Part shown: in pieces, positions 1 to 9,325 of the stretch
Numbering within the stretch: position 1 is the first letter of the stretch
How the letters are laid out: the number at the start of each line of letters is the position of its first letter
Assembly: GCA_963825055.1 (NCBI GenBank)
Contig: CAWGSK010000013.1
Span: 224,001-288,000, forward strand
Source: an uncultured Gemmatimonadales bacterium
Lineage (GTDB): Bacteria; Gemmatimonadota; Gemmatimonadetes; Gemmatimonadales; GWC2-71-9
DNA: 64,000 nt
Direction of reading: 5' to 3'
The notes under the pieces: model-generated
Told to the model about the DNA's origin: nothing
Seen by the model: the letters and a program-made list of their open reading frames with translations, nothing else
Database searches by the model: none
Program-made: the position numbers and the translations under genes

Positions 1-912
1 GGTGTTTCGGAGCTCCAGCATCTCCGGAATCGTCTCGTCCCGGTTATCACGGCCGTACACCCCACGGTATACCAGGGCGGGCCCATCCGGCTGCATCCGG
101 AACACGCGCATGTCGCCCCAGTCGAGGAGCCGGTGGGCCAGCCGTTCCATCTCCGCGAAGGAATCCTGGAGGCTCAGGTTGCCGGCGATGACCTTCTCGC
201 GCACATGAACCTTGTTGAGCTCCTCCGCGCCGATGGCGTCCTCGAGGATCCGCTTGGTAAGCAGCCCGATCACACCGAGGACCAGCACGACCGTGAGCCA
301 GCCCAGCGGGCTCAGGCCGCGGACAGAGGCGACGAGGATCACCGACGCGGTGACCGTGAGGAGGTACGTCAGCAGTTCGTACCGCAGGATCACGAGCCGC
401 TCGTCGCTCTCCAGCTTCTCCCGGAAGAGAAGCGTGAAGTAGAACATCGAGCGGCTGGTGAAGAAGTACGCCGCGAGGAGGGTGAACGCCGCGGGCAGGT
501 AGTCCAGTGACAGGCTCTGCGCCCCGGTCAGCCGCAGGACCATGACGTAGATGCCGAACGCGGAGACGAACGCGGTCGCTTCCCGGCCGGCATTGATGAA
601 GCTCGCCAGGGTGGACTTCCGGACCCACAGGAGGTCGGCCAGGAGGACGCCGCCCCAGAGTGAGATCGCCACCGCGCCGGGTCCGAGCGTCACGGCACCG
701 ACCAGCGCGGGGACCCCGATCTGGGTGAGGTAGGCGTACTTGGTGAGGGAAACCTGCCCGCCCCGGAGGGCCACGACCCCGACCAGCAGGAGCAGCGTCG
801 GCAGCGGATTGGCGAGCCAGCTGGGATCGAGCAGCGCGGCGCCCACCACCAGGATCGGGCCGCCGAAGGTCAGCGCGCGCGCGTAGCCGTCCACCAGCTG
901 GCGAACCGTCAC
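1..912 (-). CDS. Multi-pass membrane sensor-like protein, probably followed by a GAF-like domain (partial, runs off the left edge)
   Basis: Not in the ORF track. My translation from a GTG overlapping the trpA stop (MTVRQLVDGYARALTFGGPILVVGAALLDPSW...) is open to position 1, with several hydrophobic segments then a soluble region (EELNKVHVREKVIAGNLSLQDSFAEMERLAHRLLDWGDMRVFR). Confidence 0.7.
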   Translation of the reverse strand, partial: MTVRQLVDGYARALTFGGPILVVGAALLDPSWLANPLPTLLLLVGVVALRGGQVSLTKYAYLTQIGVPALVGAVTLGPGAVAISLWGGVLLADLLWVRKSTLASFINAGREATAFVSAFGIYVMVLRLTGAQSLSLDYLPAAFTLLAAYFFTSRSMFYFTLLFREKLESDERLVILRYELLTYLLTVTASVILVASVRGLSPLGWLTVVLVLGVIGLLTKRILEDAIGAEELNKVHVREKVIAGNLSLQDSFAEMERLAHRLLDWGDMRVFRMQPDGPALVYRGVYGRDNRDETIPEMLELRNT

Positions 913-1703
913 GCCGCCTCCGTCAGTCCGTCCAGCGCCCCGCGAAGCTCGCGCAGGAAGCCGAGCCCCGCGTCGGCTCCGCCGCGATCGAGCCTGTCCA
1001 CCAGCGCGCTGCCCACGACCACGCCGTCCGCCAGCCGCCCCACCTGCCGGACCTGGGCGGCGGTGGAGATTCCGAACCCGACGGCCACCGGCAGCGTTGT
1101 GTGGTGCCGGACCCGCGCGATGGACTCCGCCAGCGCCGGGTCCAGCCCCGGGCTCGCTCCGGTTACGCCGAGGCGGGCGATGAGGTACAGGAACCCGGTG
1201 GCGTCCCGGGCGATGTCGGCAAGCCGTGCGTCGCTCGTGGTCGGCGCCACCAGCCGGATCAGGTCCAGCGGGCTGTCGCGGATGGCGGTTTCCGTCTCGT
1301 GGTCCCGGCCCGCGGGCAGGTCGGTCAGCAGCAGGCCCGCGACCCCGAGGCCCGCCGCATCGGCCAGGAAGCGCCCCAGACCGTACTGAAGGATGGGATT
1401 GAGGTAGCTGAACAGCACGACGGGACAGGACGGGGGCGAGTCTGCAAGGAGGTCGAGCGTGGCCTCGAGCGTCATCCCTCGCGCCAGCGCGTCATGCGCG
1501 GCGCGCTGGATCACGGGGCCATCCGCCAGGGGGTCACTGAACGGCACGCCGAGTTCGAGCACATCGGCCACCTCTCCGGCGGCCCGGAGGACCGCCCGCG
1601 TCACTTCGCGATCCGGATGGCCCGCGGTCACGTACGGGATGAGCGCGGGTCGCCCCTCCGACCGCAGGCGCTGGAATCGCCGCTGGAGCCGACGGTCAGA
1701 CAA
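909..1703 (-). CDS. trpA: Tryptophan synthase alpha chain
   Basis: ELGVPFSDPLADGPVIQ, GVTG, VGFGIS and ADGVVVGSA motifs. Confidence 0.97.
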   Translation of the reverse strand: MSDRRLQRRFQRLRSEGRPALIPYVTAGHPDREVTRAVLRAAGEVADVLELGVPFSDPLADGPVIQRAAHDALARGMTLEATLDLLADSPPSCPVVLFSYLNPILQYGLGRFLADAAGLGVAGLLLTDLPAGRDHETETAIRDSPLDLIRLVAPTTSDARLADIARDATGFLYLIARLGVTGASPGLDPALAESIARVRHHTTLPVAVGFGISTAAQVRQVGRLADGVVVGSALVDRLDRGGADAGLGFLRELRGALDGLTEAA

Positions 1704-3153
1704 AGTAGTCGCCGACCGTAAGGCCGTACCGGTCCGGATTGGTCACCTTGACGATAGAGCGAACGTAGCCTCCCAGTCCATCCTCCTCGGCCAGGTTCCA
1801 CGGCTGGCCCGGTGCCGCCACCACGGCGCCATCCACGTCGATGGCGATCCGGATGAGCGGCCGGTTCAGGCGCTCGGAATCGGGATTGGTCGCGGCGACG
1901 ATGGCGATCTCGAAGGTATCGAGGATGACGCACGTCCCGACCGGGTAGATCCCGATCATGTTGATCATGGCCTTCACGATGATCGGGTCAAGACCCCGCC
2001 GGGGATTCTCCCACATCTCGCGCAGCACCTCGTCCGGCTGGATCGGCACCGTCTGGTAGGAGCGTCGCGTCGTGGCGGCGTCAAATCCATCGGCCACGGA
2101 AACGATGCGCGAGAACAGGCCGAGCTCGCGCTCGCGGATCGTGCGCGGATAGCCCGTCAGGTCCGTCTTCATGTGGTGCTCGTGAGCCACCAGGATGGAC
2201 CGCTGCGGGATTTCGCCGTAGCTCCGCATCTCGAACAGCGTCAGCGCACCGAGCCACGGGTGCTGCTGCATCAGCAGCCACTCGGACTCGTCCAGGCCAC
2301 CGGCCTTGTTCAGGATTTCGAGCGGGATGCGTGCCTTGCCGATGTCGTGCAGGAGCGCCGCGAGGCCGAGGTCATACAGCTGGATCCGGTTGAAGCCCAG
2401 CTTCTTCCCCAGGGCCACGGAGAAGATGCAGACGTTCACCGAGTGCGCGAAGGTGTACTCGTCGTAGTCGCGAATCGTGGTCAGGCCGATGAGCGACGTC
2501 TCGTTGTTGAGCACCTGGTCGACGATGCCCTGGAGCACCCGCTTCACCTTCTTGAGGCTCGCGGTGCGTCCCATCCGGACGCTGTTCACGACTTCCTTGG
2601 TCACCGCGACGCCCTGGGCGTACACCCGCTTCGCCGCCTCACGGGCCTCCTCGTCCTCGTCGAGCGAGTCGGCCGTCTCGACCAGCGGCTCAACGTCCAG
2701 GTGCCGGACGTTGCCCTGGTCGAGACGCAGCCGGAGCTCCGCGTAGCGGTCCTGCGGTGCCTCGCGCTCCACCAGGCTCAGCAGGAGGCTGATGAAGATC
2801 TGCCATTCGCGGCGCTCGATGCCGGGCCGGATCCACAGCGTCCCGACCTGGAAGGAGCGCAGCGTCGTGAGGATGTAGCTGAAGGAGGCGTAGTTGTCGA
2901 GCTCGAGCCGGAGCCGGGTGGAATTAATGAAGATGAAGTCGCCCGACAAGCGGATCTCGATATCCTCGCCCTCGTCGGACAGCAGGCTGCTGGCCGCGGT
3001 CTGGAGGTCGTCCAGCGCCTTTTGCGGGGTCGGGTTCTCGATCGGATAGAGCTTGAGGCTCCGGAGCCCGGCATAGAACGCGAGCAGGAGCCCGCGCCCG
3101 CTCTGGCGGAGCGCGCCTTCGCTCCCCGCAGGCCGCCCGCCGGCCTCGGTCAC
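1696..3153 (-). CDS. HD-GYP domain protein (putative cyclic-di-nucleotide phosphodiesterase)
   Basis: YTFAHSVNV, LLHDIGK, HPWLG, HEHH..GYP and VADGFDA motifs. Confidence 0.9.
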   Translation of the reverse strand: MTEAGGRPAGSEGALRQSGRGLLLAFYAGLRSLKLYPIENPTPQKALDDLQTAASSLLSDEGEDIEIRLSGDFIFINSTRLRLELDNYASFSYILTTLRSFQVGTLWIRPGIERREWQIFISLLLSLVEREAPQDRYAELRLRLDQGNVRHLDVEPLVETADSLDEDEEAREAAKRVYAQGVAVTKEVVNSVRMGRTASLKKVKRVLQGIVDQVLNNETSLIGLTTIRDYDEYTFAHSVNVCIFSVALGKKLGFNRIQLYDLGLAALLHDIGKARIPLEILNKAGGLDESEWLLMQQHPWLGALTLFEMRSYGEIPQRSILVAHEHHMKTDLTGYPRTIRERELGLFSRIVSVADGFDAATTRRSYQTVPIQPDEVLREMWENPRRGLDPIIVKAMINMIGIYPVGTCVILDTFEIAIVAATNPDSERLNRPLIRIAIDVDGAVVAAPGQPWNLAEEDGLGGYVRSIVKVTNPDRYGLTVGDYFV

Positions 3154-4850
3154 TGGCGCATCTCCCGGAGGCCCTTCACGGCCGCATTCCGGACCAGGAG
3201 TTCCTTGTCCTGGCGCACCTGCTCGAGGATTTCGCGCGCCTCGGGCGATCCGAGCCGGGCCAGGGCCATGGCCGCGCAGGCACGGGTCTCCGGTTTTTCC
3301 TTCCGGCTGAAAAAGCCCCGGGGCAGGAGCATGTCACGCAGGACAGGTACTGACGGCGGACCGGCAATCAGTGCGTACGCCTCGAAAAAGGCCATCCGCT
3401 CGGTGAGATCCGCCTGCCGCAGCGCCCGTCCCTTCACGGCCTGCTCCACTTTCGGCAGCACGCTGCGGTAGCCCCTGGCCCCGAGGGCCTTGATTGCGGC
3501 CACGCGGACCTCCCGCTCGGGATCCTCGATCGCCTGCTCGAGCTGGGACATCGCGCCGGGCGAGCCGATCTCGGCCAGGGCCCGCGCGGTCGCCGAGCGA
3601 ATGGCCGGCTCCGGATTCTGCATGGTCAAGCCCAGCCCCTGAACCGCGCCCTGCAGCTTGAGGCGCCCCGCCAGATCAATGGTACCCGCCAGGGCCGGTG
3701 AATCCGGCTGGCCCAGGAGACGCACGACCTCGCCTGGATTGCCGCCGGCGAGCCGTTCCGCGGAAGCCACCAGAAGGTCGCGCATGGTGTGCGAGGTGAT
3801 CCGCGGGAGCCAGACCATGATGGTCTCGAGCGCCTCCGGACGCAGCTCCCGGAACAGCTCGCCCAGGTCCGCCTCGCTCGGCGCGGCAATGGCCTCGTCC
3901 ACCGCCTGGAGGAGCTGGGTCAGGACGGTCGGGCGGCTCAGCATCGCACGGAACTGCTCCAGGTGCTGCAGCTGCTCCTCGCCCAGCGACTTGCTGCGCT
4001 GCCGGATGACACGCAACTCGGTCAGGACCATCGCCACCGCACGGAATTCTGCCGCGTTGAGCAGGTTCGGGAGCAGCGCCTCGAGGATCCCGAGCACCTC
4101 GGCGGTCACCGCGGGTTCGGGCTGAATCTCAAGCATGTCCAGCAGGATGTTGAGCGTCTGTGCCCGGTGGTTCGTGGCGTATTCCTGCGCCAGCAGTTCC
4201 GCGACGTGGCGAACCTCCGCTTCGTCCAGGAAGTACAGCGTGGAATCGAACTCCTCGACATCCACGATGCCGGCGTCGCGGGGAGCCGCCTCTTCCCGCA
4301 CCTGCTGCTGCCGGGCATCGGTGACCTCACCGGCATTTGCCTCCTCCGCGGACACCCCGGTTTCCGAACGGCTCGGCAGGCCGGACTCGAGGGGCTCGGT
4401 GAGGAAATCGGTGAAGCGATACCGGATCAGCTGGAAGTCCTGCGCCCAGAGCAGCGTCCCGAGGTCGTCATCGGCGTCGGCCGGGAGGCTCCGCACCTGG
4501 CGGACGACCTCGAGGAACCGGAGCACCTCCTCGCGCTCCGCCCCCTGGTCGAACGTCAGGACCCGCATGCCGTCCTTGAACAGCGTCCACGCCAGGCTCT
4601 CCGACTTGGAGTGGCCGCCGTACACGACGGTATCGTCCCAGGTGAAGTCAGTCTCCGCCACCACGAGCGTCAATTCGGGCAGGTTTTCCCAGATCGGCAC
4701 GAAGGCACTGGCCAGGTTGTCGCCCGCACGCTGGTACATGGGGTTGTTCGGGAGGTACATCTGGAACGCCTTGAGCGCGCGGATCAGCGCGCGAATCAGC
4801 TCCTCGACGGCCGGGGCGCCGAATTCAGCGGCGGTCTTCGATGATGTCAT
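3150..4850 (-). CDS. HEAT-repeat protein
   Basis: C-terminal HEAT/PBS-like repeats (IRSATARALAEIG, VRVAAIKALG, TRACAAMALARLG); ATG at 4850 overlaps the trpB TGA. Confidence 0.85.
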   Translation of the reverse strand: MTSSKTAAEFGAPAVEELIRALIRALKAFQMYLPNNPMYQRAGDNLASAFVPIWENLPELTLVVAETDFTWDDTVVYGGHSKSESLAWTLFKDGMRVLTFDQGAEREEVLRFLEVVRQVRSLPADADDDLGTLLWAQDFQLIRYRFTDFLTEPLESGLPSRSETGVSAEEANAGEVTDARQQQVREEAAPRDAGIVDVEEFDSTLYFLDEAEVRHVAELLAQEYATNHRAQTLNILLDMLEIQPEPAVTAEVLGILEALLPNLLNAAEFRAVAMVLTELRVIRQRSKSLGEEQLQHLEQFRAMLSRPTVLTQLLQAVDEAIAAPSEADLGELFRELRPEALETIMVWLPRITSHTMRDLLVASAERLAGGNPGEVVRLLGQPDSPALAGTIDLAGRLKLQGAVQGLGLTMQNPEPAIRSATARALAEIGSPGAMSQLEQAIEDPEREVRVAAIKALGARGYRSVLPKVEQAVKGRALRQADLTERMAFFEAYALIAGPPSVPVLRDMLLPRGFFSRKEKPETRACAAMALARLGSPEAREILEQVRQDKELLVRNAAVKGLREMRQ

Positions 4851-6049
4851 CAGCCGGCTCCCTGCCGGGCGGCCACCTGGGCCACGTCCTTGTCGCCCCG
4901 GCCGCTCAGGCACACCAGCACATGCGCATCGGCGGGCCATGCACCGCGCTGCTGCTCGAGCCAGGCGAAGGCGTGGGCCGTTTCCAGCGCGGGGATGATC
5001 CCCTCGAGCCGGCTCACCCGGCCGAAGGCCGCAAGGGCATCGGCGTCGGCGACGGAGACATAGCGCACCCGCTCCATATCCCGGAGCCAGCTGTGCTCGG
5101 GCCCGACCCCCGGGTAGTCGAGTCCGGCCGCGACCGAGTGCGCCGCCGCCACCTGCCCGTCGTCGTCCTGCAGCAGGTAGCTGAGGCAGCCATGCAGCAC
5201 GCCGGGCCTTCCGGCGGAGAGGGTGGCGGCATGGTGCCCGCTGGCCGGACCGTCGCCGGCGGCCTCGACGCCAACCAGTGACACCTCATCGTCACGCAGG
5301 AATCCGCTGAAGATCCCGATCGCATTCGAGCCACCACCGACACAGGCCACGATGGTGTCGGGCAACCGCTCGTACCGTTCGAGCATCTGGGCCCGCGCCT
5401 CAGTGCCGATCACGCTCTGGAAGTCCCGGACGATGCGGGGGAACGGTTCGGGGCCGACAACGCTGCCCAGGATGTAGTGCGTGTCGGGCACCCGGGTCAC
5501 CCAGTCGCGCAGCGCCTCATTCGTGGCGTCCTTGAGGGTCCGGGTTCCTGAAGTAACCGGCACGACCGTCGCGCCAAGCAGCTCCATGCGGTACACGTTC
5601 AGGGACTGCCGCTCGATATCCTCCGCCCCCATGTAGACCACGCATTCGAGCCCGAAGCGCGCGCACACCGTGGCCGTGGCCACGCCATGCTGTCCCGCCC
5701 CGGTTTCGGCGATGATCCGGCGCTTGCCCATCCGGAGGGCGAGGAGCGCCTGACCCACGGTGTTGTTGATCTTGTGGGCGCCGGTGTGGTTCAGGTCCTC
5801 GCGCTTCAGGATCACGCGGCAGCCGATCCGCTCGCCCAGGCGGGGCGCCTCGGTCAGGGGCGAGGGACGCCCGACGTATTCGCGGAGGACCTGTTCGTAC
5901 TCCGACCAGAAGGCGGGATCATTCCGCACGCCGTCGTAGAGGGCCGCGAGGTCGTCCAGCGCGGCCACGAGTGTTTCGGGCACATACTGGCCGCCATACG
6001 GCCCGAAGCGTCCCCGGGTCCCGGTTTCAGGCGGCGGAAGTACTGGCAC
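4850..6049 (-). CDS. trpB: Tryptophan synthase beta chain
   Basis: [28 protein letters not shown] (PLP lysine), [20 protein letters not shown] start chosen at 6049. Confidence 0.97.
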   Translation of the reverse strand: MPVLPPPETGTRGRFGPYGGQYVPETLVAALDDLAALYDGVRNDPAFWSEYEQVLREYVGRPSPLTEAPRLGERIGCRVILKREDLNHTGAHKINNTVGQALLALRMGKRRIIAETGAGQHGVATATVCARFGLECVVYMGAEDIERQSLNVYRMELLGATVVPVTSGTRTLKDATNEALRDWVTRVPDTHYILGSVVGPEPFPRIVRDFQSVIGTEARAQMLERYERLPDTIVACVGGGSNAIGIFSGFLRDDEVSLVGVEAAGDGPASGHHAATLSAGRPGVLHGCLSYLLQDDDGQVAAAHSVAAGLDYPGVGPEHSWLRDMERVRYVSVADADALAAFGRVSRLEGIIPALETAHAFAWLEQQRGAWPADAHVLVCLSGRGDKDVAQVAARQGAG

Positions 6050-6668
6050 GCACAGCCTCCACGAAACGGCGGATACGCCCCGGGTCCTTGACCCCGGGAC
6101 GGAGTTCCACTCCTGAACTGACGTCGACGACTTCGGGTTGGACAGCATTAACCGCCCGGGCGACGGACGCCCGGGTGAGACCGCCGGCCAGGACCATCAT
6201 CCTGTTCCGCAGCCTGTGGCGTGCGGAGCGGGCAAGTCCCAAATCTAATGAAATACCCGCACCGCCGGGCAGGTTGGGCACCCGCGGCTCAACCAGCACC
6301 GCCGTTCCGGCCAGACCGGAGCCAAGCCCGGAGAGATCCCCCTCGCCCGCCAGCCGCACCACTCGCCACACCAGCAGCCCCTCGTCCTCCAGGCGCAGGG
6401 CCGCCGCATCGTCGTACGGCCCGTGCAGCTGGGCGCCCGCCAGTCCCATCCCATCACGCTCGCGCAGGATCACCTCCACCGTCGTCGTGGTATACACGCC
6501 GAGCACCGGAACCCCGTCGGAGGCCGCAACGACGTCACGGGTCTGCGCGGCGCTGGTGGCCCTCGGTCCGGCGTCGCGCACCACGCCGAGGAATCGGGCT
6601 CCGGCCATGACCGCGGCTCGCACGTCCGCGGCCCGCGTCAGGCCGCAGATCTTGACCTCAACGGCCAC
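6027..6668 (-). CDS. trpF: Phosphoribosylanthranilate isomerase
   Basis: VKICGLT, QLHG, LAGGL and VDVSSGVE motifs. Confidence 0.93.
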   Translation of the reverse strand: MAVEVKICGLTRAADVRAAVMAGARFLGVVRDAGPRATSAAQTRDVVAASDGVPVLGVYTTTTVEVILRERDGMGLAGAQLHGPYDDAAALRLEDEGLLVWRVVRLAGEGDLSGLGSGLAGTAVLVEPRVPNLPGGAGISLDLGLARSARHRLRNRMMVLAGGLTRASVARAVNAVQPEVVDVSSGVELRPGVKDPGRIRRFVEAVRASTSAA

Positions 6669-7443
6669 TTCGCGGCACCCCGCTGAGCTCCCGCAGCAGC
6701 GTTCCCGGCGACGACGCCCGGGAGAGCGCGGTACCGACGAGCACGGCATCAGCCCCGGCGGCCGCCGCCCGCTCCACGTCCGCTCTGGACGACATCCCGC
6801 TCTCCGCCACCGCGATCCGATCAGACGGAATGCCGTCCAGCAAGTCCCACGCAGCCGGGTCGGTCCGGAACGTTGTGAGGTCCCGGCTGTTGATGCCGAT
6901 CACCCGTGCGCCCGCCTCCAGGGCGGTGTCCAGCTCTGCCGCATCATGGGCCTCCACCAGCGCGGTGAGCCCCAGATCCGACGCACAGGCCTGGAGCGCC
7001 GCGAGCCGCGCCGGGCCGAGGGCGCGGACGATGAGCAGCACGCCGGAAGCCCCCCACGACCGCGCCTCCGCGATCTGCGCCTCGTGGAGGATGAAGTCCT
7101 TGCGCAACACTGGAACGCCCGCACTGCTGCTCACCTGCCGCAGATCGGCCCCACTTCCACCGAAATAGACCCCTTCGGTAAGCACCGAAATCGCCGAGGC
7201 ACCGTTGGCAGCGTATTCCCGCGCGTGGACCACGGGGTCGAGGTCGGCGGAAATCGTTCCCTCTGAAGGACTTCGCCGCTTGACCTCCGCTATGACTGCC
7301 ACCAGTGGCCCCGATAGTGCATTGACGAGGTCCGGCGGGTCCGGTGCAGCCCGGGCCGCCCGGAACATGGCCCTGGACTCGCGATCGAGGCCGGGCAGGC
7401 GGGCCCGCACGGTTTCGAGAATCTGGTCGAGATGATCCGCCAT
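6658..7443 (-). CDS. trpC: Indole-3-glycerol phosphate synthase
   Basis: VIAEVKRRSPS, ISVLTE, LRKDF, GINSRDL and AESG motifs. Confidence 0.95.
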   Translation of the reverse strand: MADHLDQILETVRARLPGLDRESRAMFRAARAAPDPPDLVNALSGPLVAVIAEVKRRSPSEGTISADLDPVVHAREYAANGASAISVLTEGVYFGGSGADLRQVSSSAGVPVLRKDFILHEAQIAEARSWGASGVLLIVRALGPARLAALQACASDLGLTALVEAHDAAELDTALEAGARVIGINSRDLTTFRTDPAAWDLLDGIPSDRIAVAESGMSSRADVERAAAAGADAVLVGTALSRASSPGTLLRELSGVPRSGR

Positions 7444-7444
7444 C

Positions 7445-7506
7445 TTGCCCTTCGGGACTCTTTCGGGTAGATTCAATTCGGGATCTATTCGGCCAGCATT
7501 GTTCGG
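7445..7506 (+). promoter_or_regulatory. sigma70-type lexA promoter overlapped by TTCGG direct repeats (candidate LexA operator)
   Basis: TTGCCC (7445-7450), 17 nt, TAGATT (7468-7473); TTCGG at 7451, 7462, 7477, 7488 and 7502. Confidence 0.65.
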
Positions 7507-7514
7507 AGGACAGC

Positions 7515-8123
7515 ATGCCGCTCACCAGGCGCCAGAGCGAAATCCTGACGTACCTCAGGTCATACATCGATGACCGGGGGTACGCGCCAAGCTTCGAGGA
7601 AATCGCCGAGCAGTTCAGTTACCAGTCGCTCGCCACCGTGCATGAGCACCTGACCAACCTCGAGCGCAAGGGCTACATCCACCGCACGCACAACGAGAGC
7701 CGGGCCATCGAGGTCCTGCCCCCCCGCGGCCTGGCCACGGCCACGGAAATCCCGCTCCTCGGCAAGGTCGCCGCCGGTACCCCCATCGAGTCCCTGATGC
7801 ATGAGGAGACCGTCGCCGTGCCGGACGAACTCCTCCCCCGGCGCGGCCCGAACTACGGCCTGCGGGTTCAGGGGGATTCCATGATCGAGGAGCACATCAT
7901 GGACGGAGACGTCGTCGTCGTGCACGGCCGGCAGGCTGCGGAGAACGGCGAGATGGTCATCGCGCTCGTAAACGGCTCCGAGGCCACGGTCAAGAAATTC
8001 TATCGCGAGACCGGCGGCTGGATCCGGCTGCAGCCGGCCAACGCCACCATGCAGCCCATGCGCTTCCAGGAGCGGGACGTCCTCATCCAAGGTGTCGTCG
8101 TCGGGGTCATCCGCAAGTACTGA
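7515..8123 (+). CDS. lexA: SOS repressor LexA
   Basis: N-terminal wHTH (LTRRQSEIL..GYAPSFEEI), VAAG cleavage site, GDSM serine and TVKK lysine; GGAGGA Shine-Dalgarno. Confidence 0.96.
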   Translation: MPLTRRQSEILTYLRSYIDDRGYAPSFEEIAEQFSYQSLATVHEHLTNLERKGYIHRTHNESRAIEVLPPRGLATATEIPLLGKVAAGTPIESLMHEETVAVPDELLPRRGPNYGLRVQGDSMIEEHIMDGDVVVVHGRQAAENGEMVIALVNGSEATVKKFYRETGGWIRLQPANATMQPMRFQERDVLIQGVVVGVIRKY

Positions 8124-8126
8124 GCG

Positions 8127-9176
8127 TCACACGGCGGTGTGGGGAGCGAGGGCCCGGATCCGGTCAAGCACCGCCCGGGCCCTTCCCGCATCCACCGCCG
8201 CCCGCGCGCGCTCCAGCGCCTCCTCGAACGGCATGTCGAGCGCGACGTACAGCGCCGCCGCCGCGTTGAGCAGGACCGCCGAGCGCGCCGGGCCGTCCCC
8301 ATTCCCACTGAAGACCGACTCGATCCGGCGGGCATTCTCCGCCGGTTCCCCCCCGGCCATCGGCCCCAGTTCCGGGCAGGCCTCGCCGTAGTTCGCGGGG
8401 TCGAGCGTCCATTTCTCGATCTTCCCCTTCCGGATCTCCCAGACACTGGTCCGCCCTGCCGGGCTGATCTCGTCCATGCCGACGTCTGCGTGGATTACCA
8501 GGGCGTGCACCGCACCGAGACGCGCGAAGCTCTGGGCGATGACGGCGCACCGCGAGCGGTCGGAGACACCCATGACCTGACGTCCCGCCCCCGCCGGGTT
8601 CACCAGTGGGCCCACCATGTTCATGACCGTGGTGACGCCGAGCGCGTGGCGCACCGGCGCGACGTGGCGCAACGCGGGGTGGTAGGCGGGAGCGAAGAGG
8701 AACATGAAGTTCGTGTCCTCCAGCACGCGCAGGGCTTCCGCCGGGGGCAACGCGATGTCCACACCCAGGGCTTCCAGCACGTCCGCCGAGCCACACCGTG
8801 ACGTTGCGCTCCGGTTACCGTGTTTGGCGACCCTCGCCCCCGCGCTGGCCGCGACCAGTGCCGCGGCCGTGGAGATGTTGAACGTGCCGACCGCGCCTCC
8901 CCCGGTGCCGGCGGTATCGACGAGTCCCTCCGCCCCGGGAACCTCGACCCGCACCATCGCCTCGCGGAGCGCCAGCGCCGCGCCCGAGATCTCGTCGGCG
9001 GTTTCGCCCTTCACCCGGAGGCCGAAGAGGAGGGCCGCCGTCTCTTCGGCTGAGGCGCCGCCGGCCATCAGAGTGCGGAAGGCGCCGACGGCTTCCTCCT
9101 GGTTCAGGGAATCACCCTGCCCCAGACGGTCGAGCGCCAGCCTGAGCGGCGCGATGGGAGTGGCTGGCTGCGACAC
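8127..9176 (-). CDS. trpD: Anthranilate phosphoribosyltransferase
   Basis: DTAGTGG, FNISTAA, KHGNRSATSRCGSADVLEALG. Confidence 0.96.
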   Translation of the reverse strand: MSQPATPIAPLRLALDRLGQGDSLNQEEAVGAFRTLMAGGASAEETAALLFGLRVKGETADEISGAALALREAMVRVEVPGAEGLVDTAGTGGGAVGTFNISTAAALVAASAGARVAKHGNRSATSRCGSADVLEALGVDIALPPAEALRVLEDTNFMFLFAPAYHPALRHVAPVRHALGVTTVMNMVGPLVNPAGAGRQVMGVSDRSRCAVIAQSFARLGAVHALVIHADVGMDEISPAGRTSVWEIRKGKIEKWTLDPANYGEACPELGPMAGGEPAENARRIESVFSGNGDGPARSAVLLNAAAALYVALDMPFEEALERARAAVDAGRARAVLDRIRALAPHTAV

Positions 9177-9289
9177 GAATCGTGGGGATTGAAGGGTTTG
9201 GGGGCGGGGCGGCCAGGCCGATGCCGCGCCCAGGCAAAACGTACCCGCCGAAAGGCTCTTTTGTCAATTCTGACAACGATTTGCGGTGC

Positions 9290-9318
9290 TTGCTCCGGTA
9301 CCCGTCCGCGGCTAGATT
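9290..9318 (+). promoter_or_regulatory. sigma70-type promoter of truA (probably leaderless)
   Basis: TTGCTC-17-TAGATT ending 7 nt before the GTG start. Confidence 0.5.
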
Positions 9319-9325
9319 CCGCGCC

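Noticed and set aside
1459..3471. Long antisense or alternate-frame ORFs (e.g. 1459-3471, 16513-18624, 40700-43126, 49226-51358)
   Set aside because: Shadow ORFs typical of high-GC coding DNA; they overlap well-supported genes and have no recognisable motifs
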